A stretch of DNA of 63,847 bases, counting the filler, from Reticulomyxa filosa (lineage: Eukaryota > Protista > Foraminifera), in NCBI GenBank assembly GCA_000512085.1. It is 18 parts of 18 records of this genome, joined end to end, with 100 filler letters (N's around TTAATTAATTAA, not from the genome) between each part and the next. Parts side by side here need not be neighbours in the genome. Positions count along the whole stretch, not along the records: positions 28,128 to 49,196 come from ASPP01020041.1; positions 49,297 to 50,390 come from ASPP01040538.1; positions 50,491 to 55,095 come from ASPP01010488.1; 15 more parts are not named here. One strand, 5' to 3'. This document shows, in pieces, positions 40,701 to 53,487 of the stretch. The number at the start of each line of letters is the position of its first letter. Within the stretch, counting starts at the first letter, position 1. The position numbers and the translations under genes were made by a program. A model generated the notes under the pieces. The model was not told the origin of the DNA. It ran no database searches and saw nothing but the letters and a program-made list of their open reading frames with translations.

Positions 40701-42373
40701 ACTATCATCTTCATTGCCCAAGTCTTTACTCGCCAACGAGTCGGTCATCAGTTCGTCATTAAATAGTAATTCGCAAAGGAAGCCAAACCCACCAAAGTTC
40801 ACAAATCGCGCAATCCATTCGACATGAGTGACATTTCTGTATCTCTGCAGCAAATACTCGGGTCGATATTCTTCTCCAGATATTATCGCAGACAATATTT
40901 GTAAATAATATAGCATTCGATAAGGATCTTTGACATCAAGCAGTTGTGCAAATTGCTCAACATTGGCTTGGAACACCAAATTCAATACCCCTTGCACACG
41001 TCCAAAACTTGGTGGCAATAGTTCCAATATATCCCATACCAACGGCGCAATCTTTGGGTTTTTCAACAGTGGAAACAAGTAGTCATACGCGAGTTGTTCT
41101 TTATTGAAAAGCCGTAATTCGGTTATATGTTTAAAGCCTGTTAATTTTGGATGTTGTGGTGGTTGAGGATATGAGGATTCGATTGGATGAATGTAGCCAT
41201 CGGCAATTGGTTGGTTCATTGTACTATTCAATCAAAACAATTTTTTTTTTTTTTGCATACAAAGTTATATCTTATGTTAAATGCATATACATATATGTAT
41301 ACATATATATGCATATAATGTATATTATAAACTCTCCGTACCATCGTTCAAAATCCCTGACTAAGCTGTATTCAGTTCGGGACACATCTAAAACGTTGCT
41401 TTTATTCCATTCGAAATTGACCAAACGGACGTTATCATTGTTGGATCCAATAATAAATTTGTTCCATCTGATAATCATTTCGCTTTCCACCAATCCGTTG
41501 TGAATGTTATGGAGACGATTGAAAATGGTTTTTCGTAGATTACCAAATGAATCGTTGATTCTCACGACCAACTTGTAATTGGCCAATCGGAAGAATTTGT
41601 GCGGGCGGATTTCCAATTCAACTGTTTGTTTGGTATCCTCCTTTTGCACAAAACACTCCAAAAACGATTTCAATAAACGAATCATGCGTTTTACCACAAT
41701 ACGTCGATCCTCGCTCTGTTTTTCCGTCGCCAACCCTTGAGTCAAAAATCCCAGGCACCGTTGTACGTGTGCTTGGCGAATTTCAAATTGCTCCTTCGAT
41801 TTCAAACGCACGGTAAAATTGAAGTGCAATGCGTTTAATAACTCACTCGCTTGGTTGCCAACAATGGGCAAACGAGCTCGTAATACGACATCCCTTTCAA
41901 TTGCATGTTTTGTTTTTACTGTTGTCACTTGGCTTTTAAATGATATGTATGTATGTGTCAATACTATGCATATGTGTATGTGTGAATATAAGCCAACCAA
42001 AAGTAGTTGCGTCCTTCCAATTGCTGGTAATCGACAATGTGTAAAAGCTTTGGATCGACATAGTGATCATCAGGGTCAATCAAATACGAACTGCCATCTT
42101 CGTTCAACATATCATTGTCTAAACTGGTAATGTATTGTCCTAATACTTCTCGGGCTGCTTCAGTGGGGGACATTGGCGGTACTTTTTTGGAAAGATCTAA
42201 TCTTGGACTTGTCGACGCTGTTTTCCCATTTGTCGCTTGGCGAATCAGGTCTCTCTCTTCAGATGTCGGCAATTTCTTTTTCGTCCCTTTGATCAACAAT
42301 GAGCCATTTCGTTTATTTACTGAGCAGAAAAATGACACTACCAATAGATATCCCGTCTATTTATCAGCCAATA

Positions 42374-42409
<36 letters not shown>

Positions 42410-45400
42410 TATACACATACGTACATAAAGTTCGGAAGAGAACAAACAATCAACATGCCTCTGACAAGTGTGCTGCCGGTAATCTGCAAATGCAATTGTC
42501 AAACAAATACTTTTGGTCTTGGGTTTCATACAGTTTCAATTGTTCCGCATTAGTCAAGGAGGTAACATGTGGCGGAATAGAACCTCGCAATAGCCAGATG
42601 TAACACAGATCCATTTCTTCACGACACAAGGCGCCGGTCACAAAGTGGTCCCAAATTATTTTGTATTGCTCTCGGGTCAATCGCAATGAAGAATGGGTCA
42701 ACAGGTATAACAAAAAATCCAAGCGCGTTTTCAATTGGTCCAAGTATCCATACGAAGATTCATCCACACGCAACGTTTGGACTTCGATATTTTTCTGTTT
42801 GCATTACAACAATTTTTTTTTGTTTAATGTTAGTGGTAATGTGTTCTTCATCTAATCCCTGTGCATATTCGATAATTATATGTGTTTAATACAAAACTGT
42901 CTCTTGATGCAACGTCTGCAATTTGGATGTTACTTTTCCTTTGTAAAAAGTCAAATCTTGCAAAATGTGTTCGACGATGGCAAAGTCTTTTTCCAACTTT
43001 TCAATCATTCCAGCTTGTGTTTCTTGATGCTGTGTAGTGTTGATGCCCAACCATTTCTTCTTGGTTCGAGGATACGTTTGCACTAACTTTTGCAATAGTA
43101 TCATGTTTTGAACCACATTGGAACTTTCTTGGATATGCCAAATACATCTATTCCATCAAAGCAATTCATTGTTGTTATTATGTAATCTATCTATTTTGCA
43201 TTGCAAACGCACTCAACTTTTCAATATATCGAGACTTTTGCGAAGTGGCATATTCTGTCTCCAACAATTCCAAAAACATGTCAATCCTTCTTTGGCAACT
43301 TTTTCTGGAATCAAGCGACCGGCTTTGGTGCTCGTGACTTGATAAAAGAGAAAAAGACACAAGCAAACCCATCGTCAATTAAAACATATATATATATATA
43401 TATATATATAATGTGTGCGCAATGTATATTTACACAGTATATTTAGTTTGTGAATGTTAATCTTACAACCAAACCGTTTTGATTTGCAGCGACATCGGAG
43501 GCTTGCACAAACTTCCAAAGCATTTCCAAGCCAAACAAGTACTTTTCTTTTCGGCGTTGGATCGATCTTTCTGTTGCACTTGATAAGCAGTCAGTGTATA
43601 TATTTTAATCAACTCCAAAAGCTGGCTGTCAATCTGAATATGAGGAGTCTTTTCGATCTGTCGATACAGGTGCCTCAGTTGCGAGAATGACAGCTTGGGA
43701 CATATTTGAGCGACATGTTCATACACCATATGTCGAATGCTCTATCCATTTATTGTGTATTGTTATTATATATGATGTTATGTCATATTGCATGTAGAGG
43801 AGATGTTGTTTTGGTTGGAAATACAAAATAATGCATGTTGATTAATTTCATAGATTCAATCACCTCATGTGTTCCGCCTGTGGTCAGTTTCCATAATGGA
43901 TCCAAGTGTTCTTTGTTGTCGATTTGTTGATTGTGATGAAATAAACGATACATGGGAAGAATTCGGCGCACCAGTTCCAAATGCGTTGTTGTGCGATCCA
44001 AGATATAATCCAATACGCCATTTTTTTTAATCCACTCTTGCATCCACTCCGGCTCTGCCCATATGTTTTTAAATGCTTCCTCCTTTTCTGGACGCAATGC
44101 TTTTGGTGACTATTGATTAACACAGTGTATATGTTTACTTCCAATATTCGTTATTTGTCCTTTTCTGTTGTTTCAACATAAAAGGCAAACAAACAAATAA
44201 ACCTTTTCAGCCTTTTCAGACTTTTCATATTCATTTTTATCAATGACAAGATCAATGTGTTGCATCATCTCGGTCATACCAGCGATTCTCTTTTGTGCAA
44301 AGGGGCAACGAATTTGGCGAAACAAGGCATGGAGAATGACTGTTTCTTTCACTTCCATTATTTTAGATGTATGGCATCTCTGGTATTAAATGAATGGAGT
44401 CATATGTAAACAAGCAAACAAATAAATAAATAAATTAGTAAGTAAATGTATACACATATACATAATATATATGTATATATAAATGTTTTGTGATTGACAA
44501 GTAAATATATTAACATTGTTCATCATGTAATGGACATTCCTCAATACTTTTTCAACAACACCTCGATTTAGAGTCTTCACAATTTCGTCGGGTAGCTCAC
44601 TGCAATAGGATATCAATGATTTGGTTAGTTTCTCAATGCACTCATCGAAATATTCGTCATTAAATAGATCACGTAACTAATTTTATTTTTTTTTTTTAAT
44701 AAAAATATTGAGTTTTTTTTTTTGCAAAATTTAAAAAATAAAAACAAAACTTGTGCGAGAGGTCTTATAATATTGATTAGTTCATTGTGAGTGATTGGAC
44801 ATTGCCCATACTCAATGCGGTCCAAAATCGCGTTAAAGCCTTCAATGTGCCCAAAGTAGTTGATATTGTGCAATCGAAACCAAGAGGCAGATTGACAGGC
44901 CGACGTTTTGCCAACAAATACAAACTCTTCCAAATAAGACTGTTCCGTTTCAAACTCCCAAAGCAATTGTAACTTGGACAGCATGTCCTTGAGTTCCGTC
45001 TCAAACTCTTTGATTCGAATGTCCAATTCGGACATTTCAAGTGAGGTTTCCTCCTTCATTTCCGTTGCGGTAGTTGTTGCTATAGTTGTGGTTGTGGTTG
45101 TTGCTGTTACTGCTGTAGCCGTAGTTGCATTGTCTTTTTGTGTTTGATCCGACAAAGGTTCTTTGGATTCATTCACTTGTGTGGTTTCCACATTCGAATT
45201 AGGTTTGGTCACATTTGCACTTGCATCTGCATTTGCATTTGTATTTGCATTTATATTGTCCACCACAAGGAGAGGATCAGTTGGTAATGTGGTTGTTTCA
45301 TTGATAGTTAATGGGATACTGGCATTGGCGTCGTCAACCTTCTTTATTGCAATCGTACTTTCTCTTACTCGTTTTGTCAATTTTTGCTTTGCAATATCCT

Positions 45401-46760
45401 TCATGTCCTTCGCTTGCCGAAGCACGTCTCGTAACTCGGCTATTTTTTGCACGCTGTTCATAACACCGCCAACCATGCCGTTCGACGTGCGCAGTCAATA
45501 TTTAACAGTTTATTTTTATCAATGTTGTTGTTGTTATTATTGTTGTATTTATCGAATGAAGCAACTTGTGACACAAATACAAACATAAATACAAACGCAC
45601 ATGACAATTTCCCCAATTCCATATGATTCCGGGCTCCATTTCATACTCGCCCCTGGCAGTCCACAGCATTCATAAAATTGCTCGGGTCGTTTGCGATCCA
45701 CTGGCAAAAAGCCAAACAATTTCTCCAATGTTTTAAAGCAAGGGATATCCTGTTTATCCATTCATTTTTATGTGTATATATTTATATTTTATATTTTATA
45801 TTTTATATTTTTTTTTTTAATGGCAATTATGACAATGTATGTAGTTTGCATGTGAACCACTCATTTGGACATGTAAAGAATATTTGACACAAAGTGACAC
45901 CGGCAATATAAATAATAGGAAGGGGGGGAGAGGGAGGGAGGGAAAAAAAAAAAGAACAAGTGGAAAAAAATACGCACCAATTTGATAAGGGCCTTGCAAA
46001 GACGCAGTGACATTTTGAAAAAGCAGTTGATTGCAAATTCACTCGTCTTGGCAGGTCTCAAGTACAGAAAATATTCCAACAAATTCGGCACCATATTCTA
46101 TTGCATAGCAAGTCAATCACATTTCATTTCGCTCACACTTAAAAGTGTTTTATGCATGTTTTTTCATTCCCAATAAAGCCAACTTTATAAGTATATGTAA
46201 ATGTACATAAACATATACATATAAAAAAAAAAAAAAGGGGGAATAAACCAAGAAAAGAAAAAATTGTATACGTAGTATTATATGTTTATTGCAAAAAAAA
46301 AAAAAAAAAAAAATTTGACGCATATGTTCCATAGACATATAACGCAAATATAAATACGAATATGTACAAGTTAAACAAAACAAAAAAAAAAACTAAACGT
46401 TGGCAATATGATCTTGCTGTGGAGTTAACCGTGTTGGACGAGCAAATTTGCCATAATTGGATACATTTTTGTAAGGCAGTGGAAGGGCTTCTAACTCTTG
46501 CAAACAATGTTTAAAAAATTCACAGAAACGGTCCAACAGAGCTCTTGGATCGTTCGTTTGTACAATCAATGTCTGTAGGCTGGTTATTTGATGAGTGCAT
46601 TTTTGACTGTCATTTGTCCACAGCGCTTTTATCTCTTCATTGGATAGATTCCAGCCCTGTCACACAATTACAATCACAATGTAAATTGCAAAACAATTAC
46701 ATGAATATAACACGTGCACAACCCCAACTATCACTTTTTTTTTTTTGCTTTTTTTCGCAT
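34786..46760 (-). CDS. Large ubiquitin-specific protease (peptidase C19, USP9/USP24/USP34 type), many exons; start approximate
   Basis: Cys box VGLKNQ(G)ATCYMNSLLQQLF, QQDVNEF, YFCSQC, LHLSRFEFD, His box LVHTGSANSGHYYSY, WWEFND, NAYMLVYRR, plus a long helical N-terminal region. Confidence 0.92.
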
Positions 46761-47185
46761 TATTGTCAATATAGCTTTTTCTTTCAAAAAAAATATTTGA
46801 ACAGACAAACAGTTCCAACGTCACAGTCTGTTACAACTGAAATAAATGTTATCTATTAACATGAGCCATGGAAAATTCTCAAGAAATTTGATTAGATTGA
46901 TCAAGAATAGAAATCAATACTGAAAAATTCTGAAGTGCTTGCAAGGATATGATTGGAGAAGAATTTCTAAAAATCAAAAGGTCCTTTGTTATATTACTTT
47001 TCCTTCTTTCAATGGCTGGGAAAAAAATAAAAAGTAGTTTTGGGTTTAATAACTTTGTATCGTTCCATCGTCATTTTTTTTTATGTCTTACTGCAAATTT
47101 AGTACATAACCGTGCAGTGTTCCCGTGCAAGGGGGCACAGACCAAATTTTTCAAAATTAAAAAGAAAGCAATCGACTCTCAAGTT

Positions 47186-48850
47186 ATGTCTATGGATGTT
47201 GATCAACCACAACAACCAACTGAACCAAAGCCCAATGACACTGATCAAGACAAAGAAATGGCCGAAAAAGTTGTGAAAGAGGATAAGTCAACGAAGCAAA
47301 AAGAAGCACAGCAAAGCAAGGAGAAAACCCCAACAAAAACGCACAAAGGTCACAGCAAAGATAATAAAGAGAAAGGTGATCAAGGAAAGCAATCCCACAA
47401 GCAAAAAGACAAAGAGAACCGTGGTGGTTCAAGTTCTCGCAGTAGAAGTCATAGCCGAAAGCGAAGCAGCAAACTAGCCACAAGCAAAAAAAAGTGTGTT
47501 TTTTTTTTTTTTGGAAAAAACAACAATCCCGAAATTGCGCAAAAAAAAAAAAAAAGATCATCACACAAGTCACGTGGAAGTGGATCGAGTTCGCGTTCAC
47601 GCAGCCATTCTCGTTCGCATCATATTCGTTATAGTCTGGCGTCGATCAACGACAGTCACAGGTACCGAAAAGACCGTCGAAGAGACCGCAATCGCCACGG
47701 GAACAGCCGTAGTCGCAGCCGCCATCGAAGCCGCAGTAGAAGTAGGAGCAGAAGCAAAAGCAAGAACAGCAGCGGCAGCAGTGCGAGTCGAAGTAGCCGT
47801 CCTTCCAGGTCACACAAGGAAAGAAAAGAAAAAGGACACAAGCATAAATCCAAAGATAAGGAGAAAAACAAATCGAAAACCAGTGACAAAAAGAGAGAGA
47901 AAGACAAGGATAAAGACAAAAGAAAGGAATCAAAAGATGAAAGAAAAGGCTATGACCAAAACGTTACGAACAATGACGCAATAGCAAACTCCAATGGCAC
48001 TTTGGGAAATGAAAAAAATAAAGATGTGAACGGAAGTGACAAACATATGCCCAACTCTTCCAATGGCACAAGTAAAGATAATAAAGACTTGAATAATAGT
48101 TCCAATGCCAATGGTGGTAATACCACAAATAATAGTTCTGCTGGATCTTCTTCCCACGCGCTTCCACATAACCTCTTTAGTGCGGCTGCCAAGCCCGCTT
48201 TGCTGATGCCAAACCCGGCAACTCTTGCTGCCTTTAGTAATCCACTGCTTGGTAGCTTGGCTGGATTGAATATGGCCGCTGTAAACCCCTTTGGGTTAAT
48301 GAACCCTTTGCTCAATCCTCTTTTGTTGCTACAAAACTCCATGGCCAATCCTTTGGCTTCCTTACCCTCCACCGATGGCAATGCCTCAAATGCTCCAATG
48401 CCAGGTTTGTTGTTCGTCTCTTTGTGTTGATGACGCGGCTAGTTCGTTGTTTGCTATGCTTGGAATAGGGGTGGTAAAGGAACAAATGGAAGCAATGTAT
48501 CCACAAATGACAAGACCCGCCAGAAGACTTTATGTTGGAAATTTGCCAATTGATATGCCTTTCACAGAACAAATACTATGTGAATTTTTTACTCAATGCT
48601 GCAAAGGCCTAGGGGTGAAAACACCTAATCCAATATTGTCCATTTGGATTCATAGCGAACGTACGTTTGGTTTTATCGAATTGCGAAGTGTTCGTGACAC
48701 AACACTCTGTTTGTCGTTGTTCGAAGGCTTGCAATTAGGAGGGCGTAATTTGCGCTTTGGTCGGCCCATGGACTACAAATTGCCGAGCGAAGAGCTGCGC
48801 ACCTATTTGGTCCCAGGACCTGATTTAAATGATGAAAAAGATGGTGTGCA
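47186..48850 (+). CDS. U2AF2: U2 snRNP auxiliary factor large subunit (U2AF65-like), 3'-partial
   Basis: RS domain followed by QMTRPARRLYVGNLP...TFGFIELRS...LRFGRPMDY (RRM1). Confidence 0.85.
47494..47556 (+). other. 63-nt GT-AG intron with 5' T14 and 3' A15 arms
   Basis: Removing it keeps the RS-domain frame (AA|A TCA). Sequence GTGTG-T14...A15-G. Confidence 0.7.
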
Positions 48851-49296
48851 AACTTTCTTTTTTTTTTTTTCCTTTTTTTTATCTTTTTTTGTTTGTTTGT
48901 TTTTTTGTGTTTGTATTTTGTCTTTTTGAATATGACTTCACTCCCATGGAAGAGCCTCTAATGAATCCAACAAATTTTAAAAATATTATCGCACAACACA
49001 AACATTAAATATTACTTGCTTTCTTGATTTTTTTTCTTTTTTTGTCATGTCCCCTCGACACTCTTTTTGATCGGTGATGTGCCACTTTCAAAAAAAATTA
49101 TCAACGTAAAATGAAGGAAGAAAAAAAAAAAAGAATTATTTGCACTTAAACAACAACAATGGTTTTTTTTTATTTTTGTTTTTTTTTTTTTTTTTTNNNN
49201 NNNNNNNNNNNNNNNNNNNNNNNNNNNNNNNNNNNNNNNNTTAATTAATTAANNNNNNNNNNNNNNNNNNNNNNNNNNNNNNNNNNNNNNNNNNNN

Positions 49297-49660
49297 ACTA
49301 TGTTGTATATTGGCTACGTTATCATAGCCAACATAACAAAATGGTATTACACATGGCAGCCAATGCCAAATGACAATACAAATTACGATGGTTGTGATAA
49401 CAATGAAAGATATGAGCGCATATGCGTCAACAATAATTGTTATCCCATTCCGAATAAATATAATATGGGCATTTATTCTTTAGATGGACTTATATGGAGT
49501 GGCCTGATCAATTTTGTGGTTTTGAGCATTAGTTGTGTATTTTTGTTTTTATTTTTTTTATACAAAACAACGCTTTGATGTTGAGTATGTTCTTATAAAG
49601 TTGTATTACGTGTGTTTGCTCACATTGCCCTTTGCAAAAATTATTATCATACCTGTTTAT
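49297..49660 (+). CDS. Membrane protein fragment
   Basis: Hydrophobic segments flank a Cys-containing loop in ORFs 49300-49578 and 49535-49726. Confidence 0.35.
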
Positions 49661-50490
49661 GCCATGGGCAGAGTTGTTTTTTTTTTAATACTTAAATATA
49701 CAAAACTGTATTCTCCCTTTTCTTAATTCAGAATTTTTTCATACTAATTTTTAAAATTTAATTAAAAAATGGAGTCCTTTTCCCTCCCCTCACCCAAGTC
49801 GAAACGGAGTGGAGAAAAATTAGTTTAATTAAGGAAAAGTCAAAATTTTTTCCAAATCTTTGGCTTCAAAATCGTAGCCATAAATAGCAATCCTTCCAAG
49901 GCCTCCCTCACGCCAAGAGGTGCCATACTTGTAATCATTCCATCCTTCCGCTTTCAGTTCGATCTTCCAACACCACGCGCAACGAAAGCAAACCATTTCC
50001 TGAAAACGGCACTATTTCTCCTTCCTCCAACAGTCCGGCATGTTCCACTGCATCATTGTCTTGTTGCATGTTCGCATTCCCATTATAATTGTAATGCGGC
50101 ATATTTCGATTATTATCTTTCATATGTATATATTTTTTTTTTAATAAATTTGTAAATGCGAATTTTCGAAAAAGAAATAGTATGTAAAAAAAATTATTAT
50201 TTAATGTTTGTAACTGTTGACATAAGAAATCGATAGGATGATAGAATTATGGTATGGCTTGGTAATCCTGATCAGCACAGGCTTACAATGATTGACAACA
50301 GATTCACGGTACATGTTCGATCTAGTGTCGATGAGATTGTGTCCGGTCAATTCCTTTTCTACCAATCCTCGATATCTTGGATATCCCCCCNNNNNNNNNN
50401 NNNNNNNNNNNNNNNNNNNNNNNNNNNNNNNNNNTTAATTAATTAANNNNNNNNNNNNNNNNNNNNNNNNNNNNNNNNNNNNNNNNNNNN

Positions 50491-53454
50491 AAAAAAAAAA
50501 TTGATTTTTTTGTGCTGTATGGATATGTGTCCGTGTGTGTATGTGTAATGTTTGAACAATGCCAGCCTGGAATGGTATACATATTTTCCCATTGGCAACA
50601 GTCATATGACAACACCTGTGCGGACATTTTCAATCGCCATGTCCTCACGTATCGCTATGCGGATGTCCAGTGTACCATAGTCGGCAATGCCAATGACATG
50701 TTGCAAATGAGTAAAACTACATTTGTCAGCAGCTTCACCAAGTTCTTACGCGGGTCCAGCGATGCAATCACCACGTCGCTGACATGGGAGTGGCATTGTG
50801 TACGCTACGAATGGGTCACTCTCGACCAACAGTCTTCTAGGCAAGGATATTGGAACAACTCCCACTCTTGTGACTACTTGTTCCAGCCCACCAATGGTCA
50901 AAGCAGATATAATATTTCTTTTGTTAATGAGTCGGCCTTTCTTGAAAATGGACATATGTACTGGTATCAGTTTAGTGCTTTGGGCTCTTTTTTCGTACAC
51001 GCACACACAATGTATCCCATGTCCTCTGAATAGTATATACACATATGTACATATAAATTTTTATGTTTATACATGTGTATTTATGTATATACATATTTGC
51101 ATATGGACACACACACACATACGCACACAACATTAACGTATGGAAAGATTCTCAATGAAAGTGAGTGATTGGAAGGAAGCCTATCGCAGACCATGTTCGC
51201 AGAGTGTAGCCGTAAAGGTTATCTTGAATGACACTGTTGCAAGCCAATGGCTATCCGTTGCTTTAACAATACCTTCCTCTTCTTCTTCTTCTTCTTCTTC
51301 TTCATCGTCGTCCTCCTCCTCCTCTTCGTACGTCGTTTCCAATGATGCAAGGATTCGCATCCTTGGCAGTTTAGTTGGCACATCCTCTTCAGCCTCCAAT
51401 TACGTGTGCCAATGGCGCGAGCTCAATGGGTATCTCTCCAACCAAAACTTGGCGCTGTATCAAAGCAACACCGACTTATGCTTCAATTTGGTCCTCGACC
51501 CTTCTCTTGTTCCCGCGGTAAATAATGGCAAGTGGATCCAAGGCGCGGTCTATCGCTTCAGCATAGATGTATACACCACCGATTTTTCGAAGCACGGAAC
51601 CGCGACCATCGATATCACAATTGCAAAGTTGCCCACTGTTGTTCCAAATTCCTTTCAGCTTTCGCCACAATGTGGTTCTTTTAATCTTCAGTTCCCTTCC
51701 TAAAAAAAAAAAAAAAAAAAAAAAAAGTAACTTTGTTGTTATGTGTGTGTGATGTACATGCATTTATTTATTTATTAATTTAATACTACGTATATAAACA
51801 AAAGAAAATTCTTATGTATACATTGCACATGTAATGTGATAGATTTATTGAGGATGCATTGAATACGTCCTATGATATGACAGTAAGTAGTGAAACGGAT
51901 GACAGCGACAAAGGACAGTTGGAGTATTTGTATACGTATGTACTGAACAATTCGTCTGGCCAGTACAGAAGCAACTACTCGGAGACTGAACTCCCCTCGC
52001 TGTTTGTTGGGCCTTGGTTTGTGACAAGCAACACGTGGACCAATGTGTTACTACCAATGGTACTCGGCTTGGAGATTCAAGTCGTTGTGAAAAATAAGCA
52101 AACGAATGCCATTGTGTTGGAATCCCAAGCTTGCTTTGGAAAGGACAACAGCAGCAGCAGCAACAACAGCGAATGGAAGTTTAGTGGGTCGATTTGCGAT
52201 TGGCGATTCCGTTTGTTGCAGTTTTTGCAAAACGCCAACACCACATATCGCATCACGGACACAAACACTCGGCTGCAGTTGCTGCAGTTGTATACCAACG
52301 TCATTGTCACCGAATATTGGAACGAACGCATTATTTATAACGCGACGATACAATGCGACCAACGGAAATGGAGTAGACAAAACTTTTGGGAACAAACGCT
52401 GGAATGGTTATACCGAGACATTCAAGAGGTCATGACTTGCGATAATGCGGACTGGTTGGTACCAATGCTGACGCAGACCCTGTCCATTGGCACCTCCTGG
52501 GTCAATTCGCTGAACAACACAAGTTTGCAAAGATGGATTGAATTGATTACGTGGGTGTATGACCCCTGCAATATCTTGCGAAAAGTCAAAGATACCAAAC
52601 AATTGACCGTCAATGGTATGGACATTAGTTGGAGTTAAGTGATTTTTTTTTTATTTTATTTACATTATCTACAAATGCAAAAGTATATGTATAAGTTTGC
52701 TATGATCAAAAATAAAATAGACGGAACAGTGATTACAACAAAATTAACCCCGTTATTGCAAACAACAACGTATGTGGACTTGCTGTTGTATTGCATGGAC
52801 GCTACCTTTGGCTTGTTGCCAAGCGTATCAACAAAATTGCAACAAAATGCGACATCTCCATCTGCAAAGTTGCTTTTGCAAGAGATCAATCAATTGTCCA
52901 TGTTGCTGTTGAACGTCGTATATGTGTCCCAACTATTATTTTTATCCGAGTCTTTGCCATCCGAGTATTTCCTTTGGAACCGATCGAATTTCCAATTGAC
53001 TTCAACTTTATTTGGTCTTTTTTTTTTTTTTAAAGTGTTGAAAATGATAATAATAATAATAATAAAATGAATGACTTTAAATATTACATTTTAAAAAAAA
53101 AGTGGCAAGCAAAGATGTAAATATCGGCGTTGGACAAGGCGTGATAAGTGTGCCAGCATCATTTGCAGGAAGTGAGAAGGACAGCTACTATGTGGTGGCG
53201 ATGGACTACTCAGCGGAAGCGATGCAAGTGAATCAGACGAGCATGAAAGGCAAGTTGTTGTCATCGCAGTCGATAGAAGTGACGATAACCCAAGCAGATG
53301 GCAAGCCGTTGAATACGTCTGTATTAGCACATCCAATTCGCATTAACTTTTCACTGGACATCCCTATCGAGACAGCAACGAATTTGACTTGCGTGTGGTA
53401 TGATTGGAAGAATGAGACGTGGGAGCCGAGTGGATGCCATATCTATCAAAGTAT

Positions 53455-53487
<33 letters not shown>

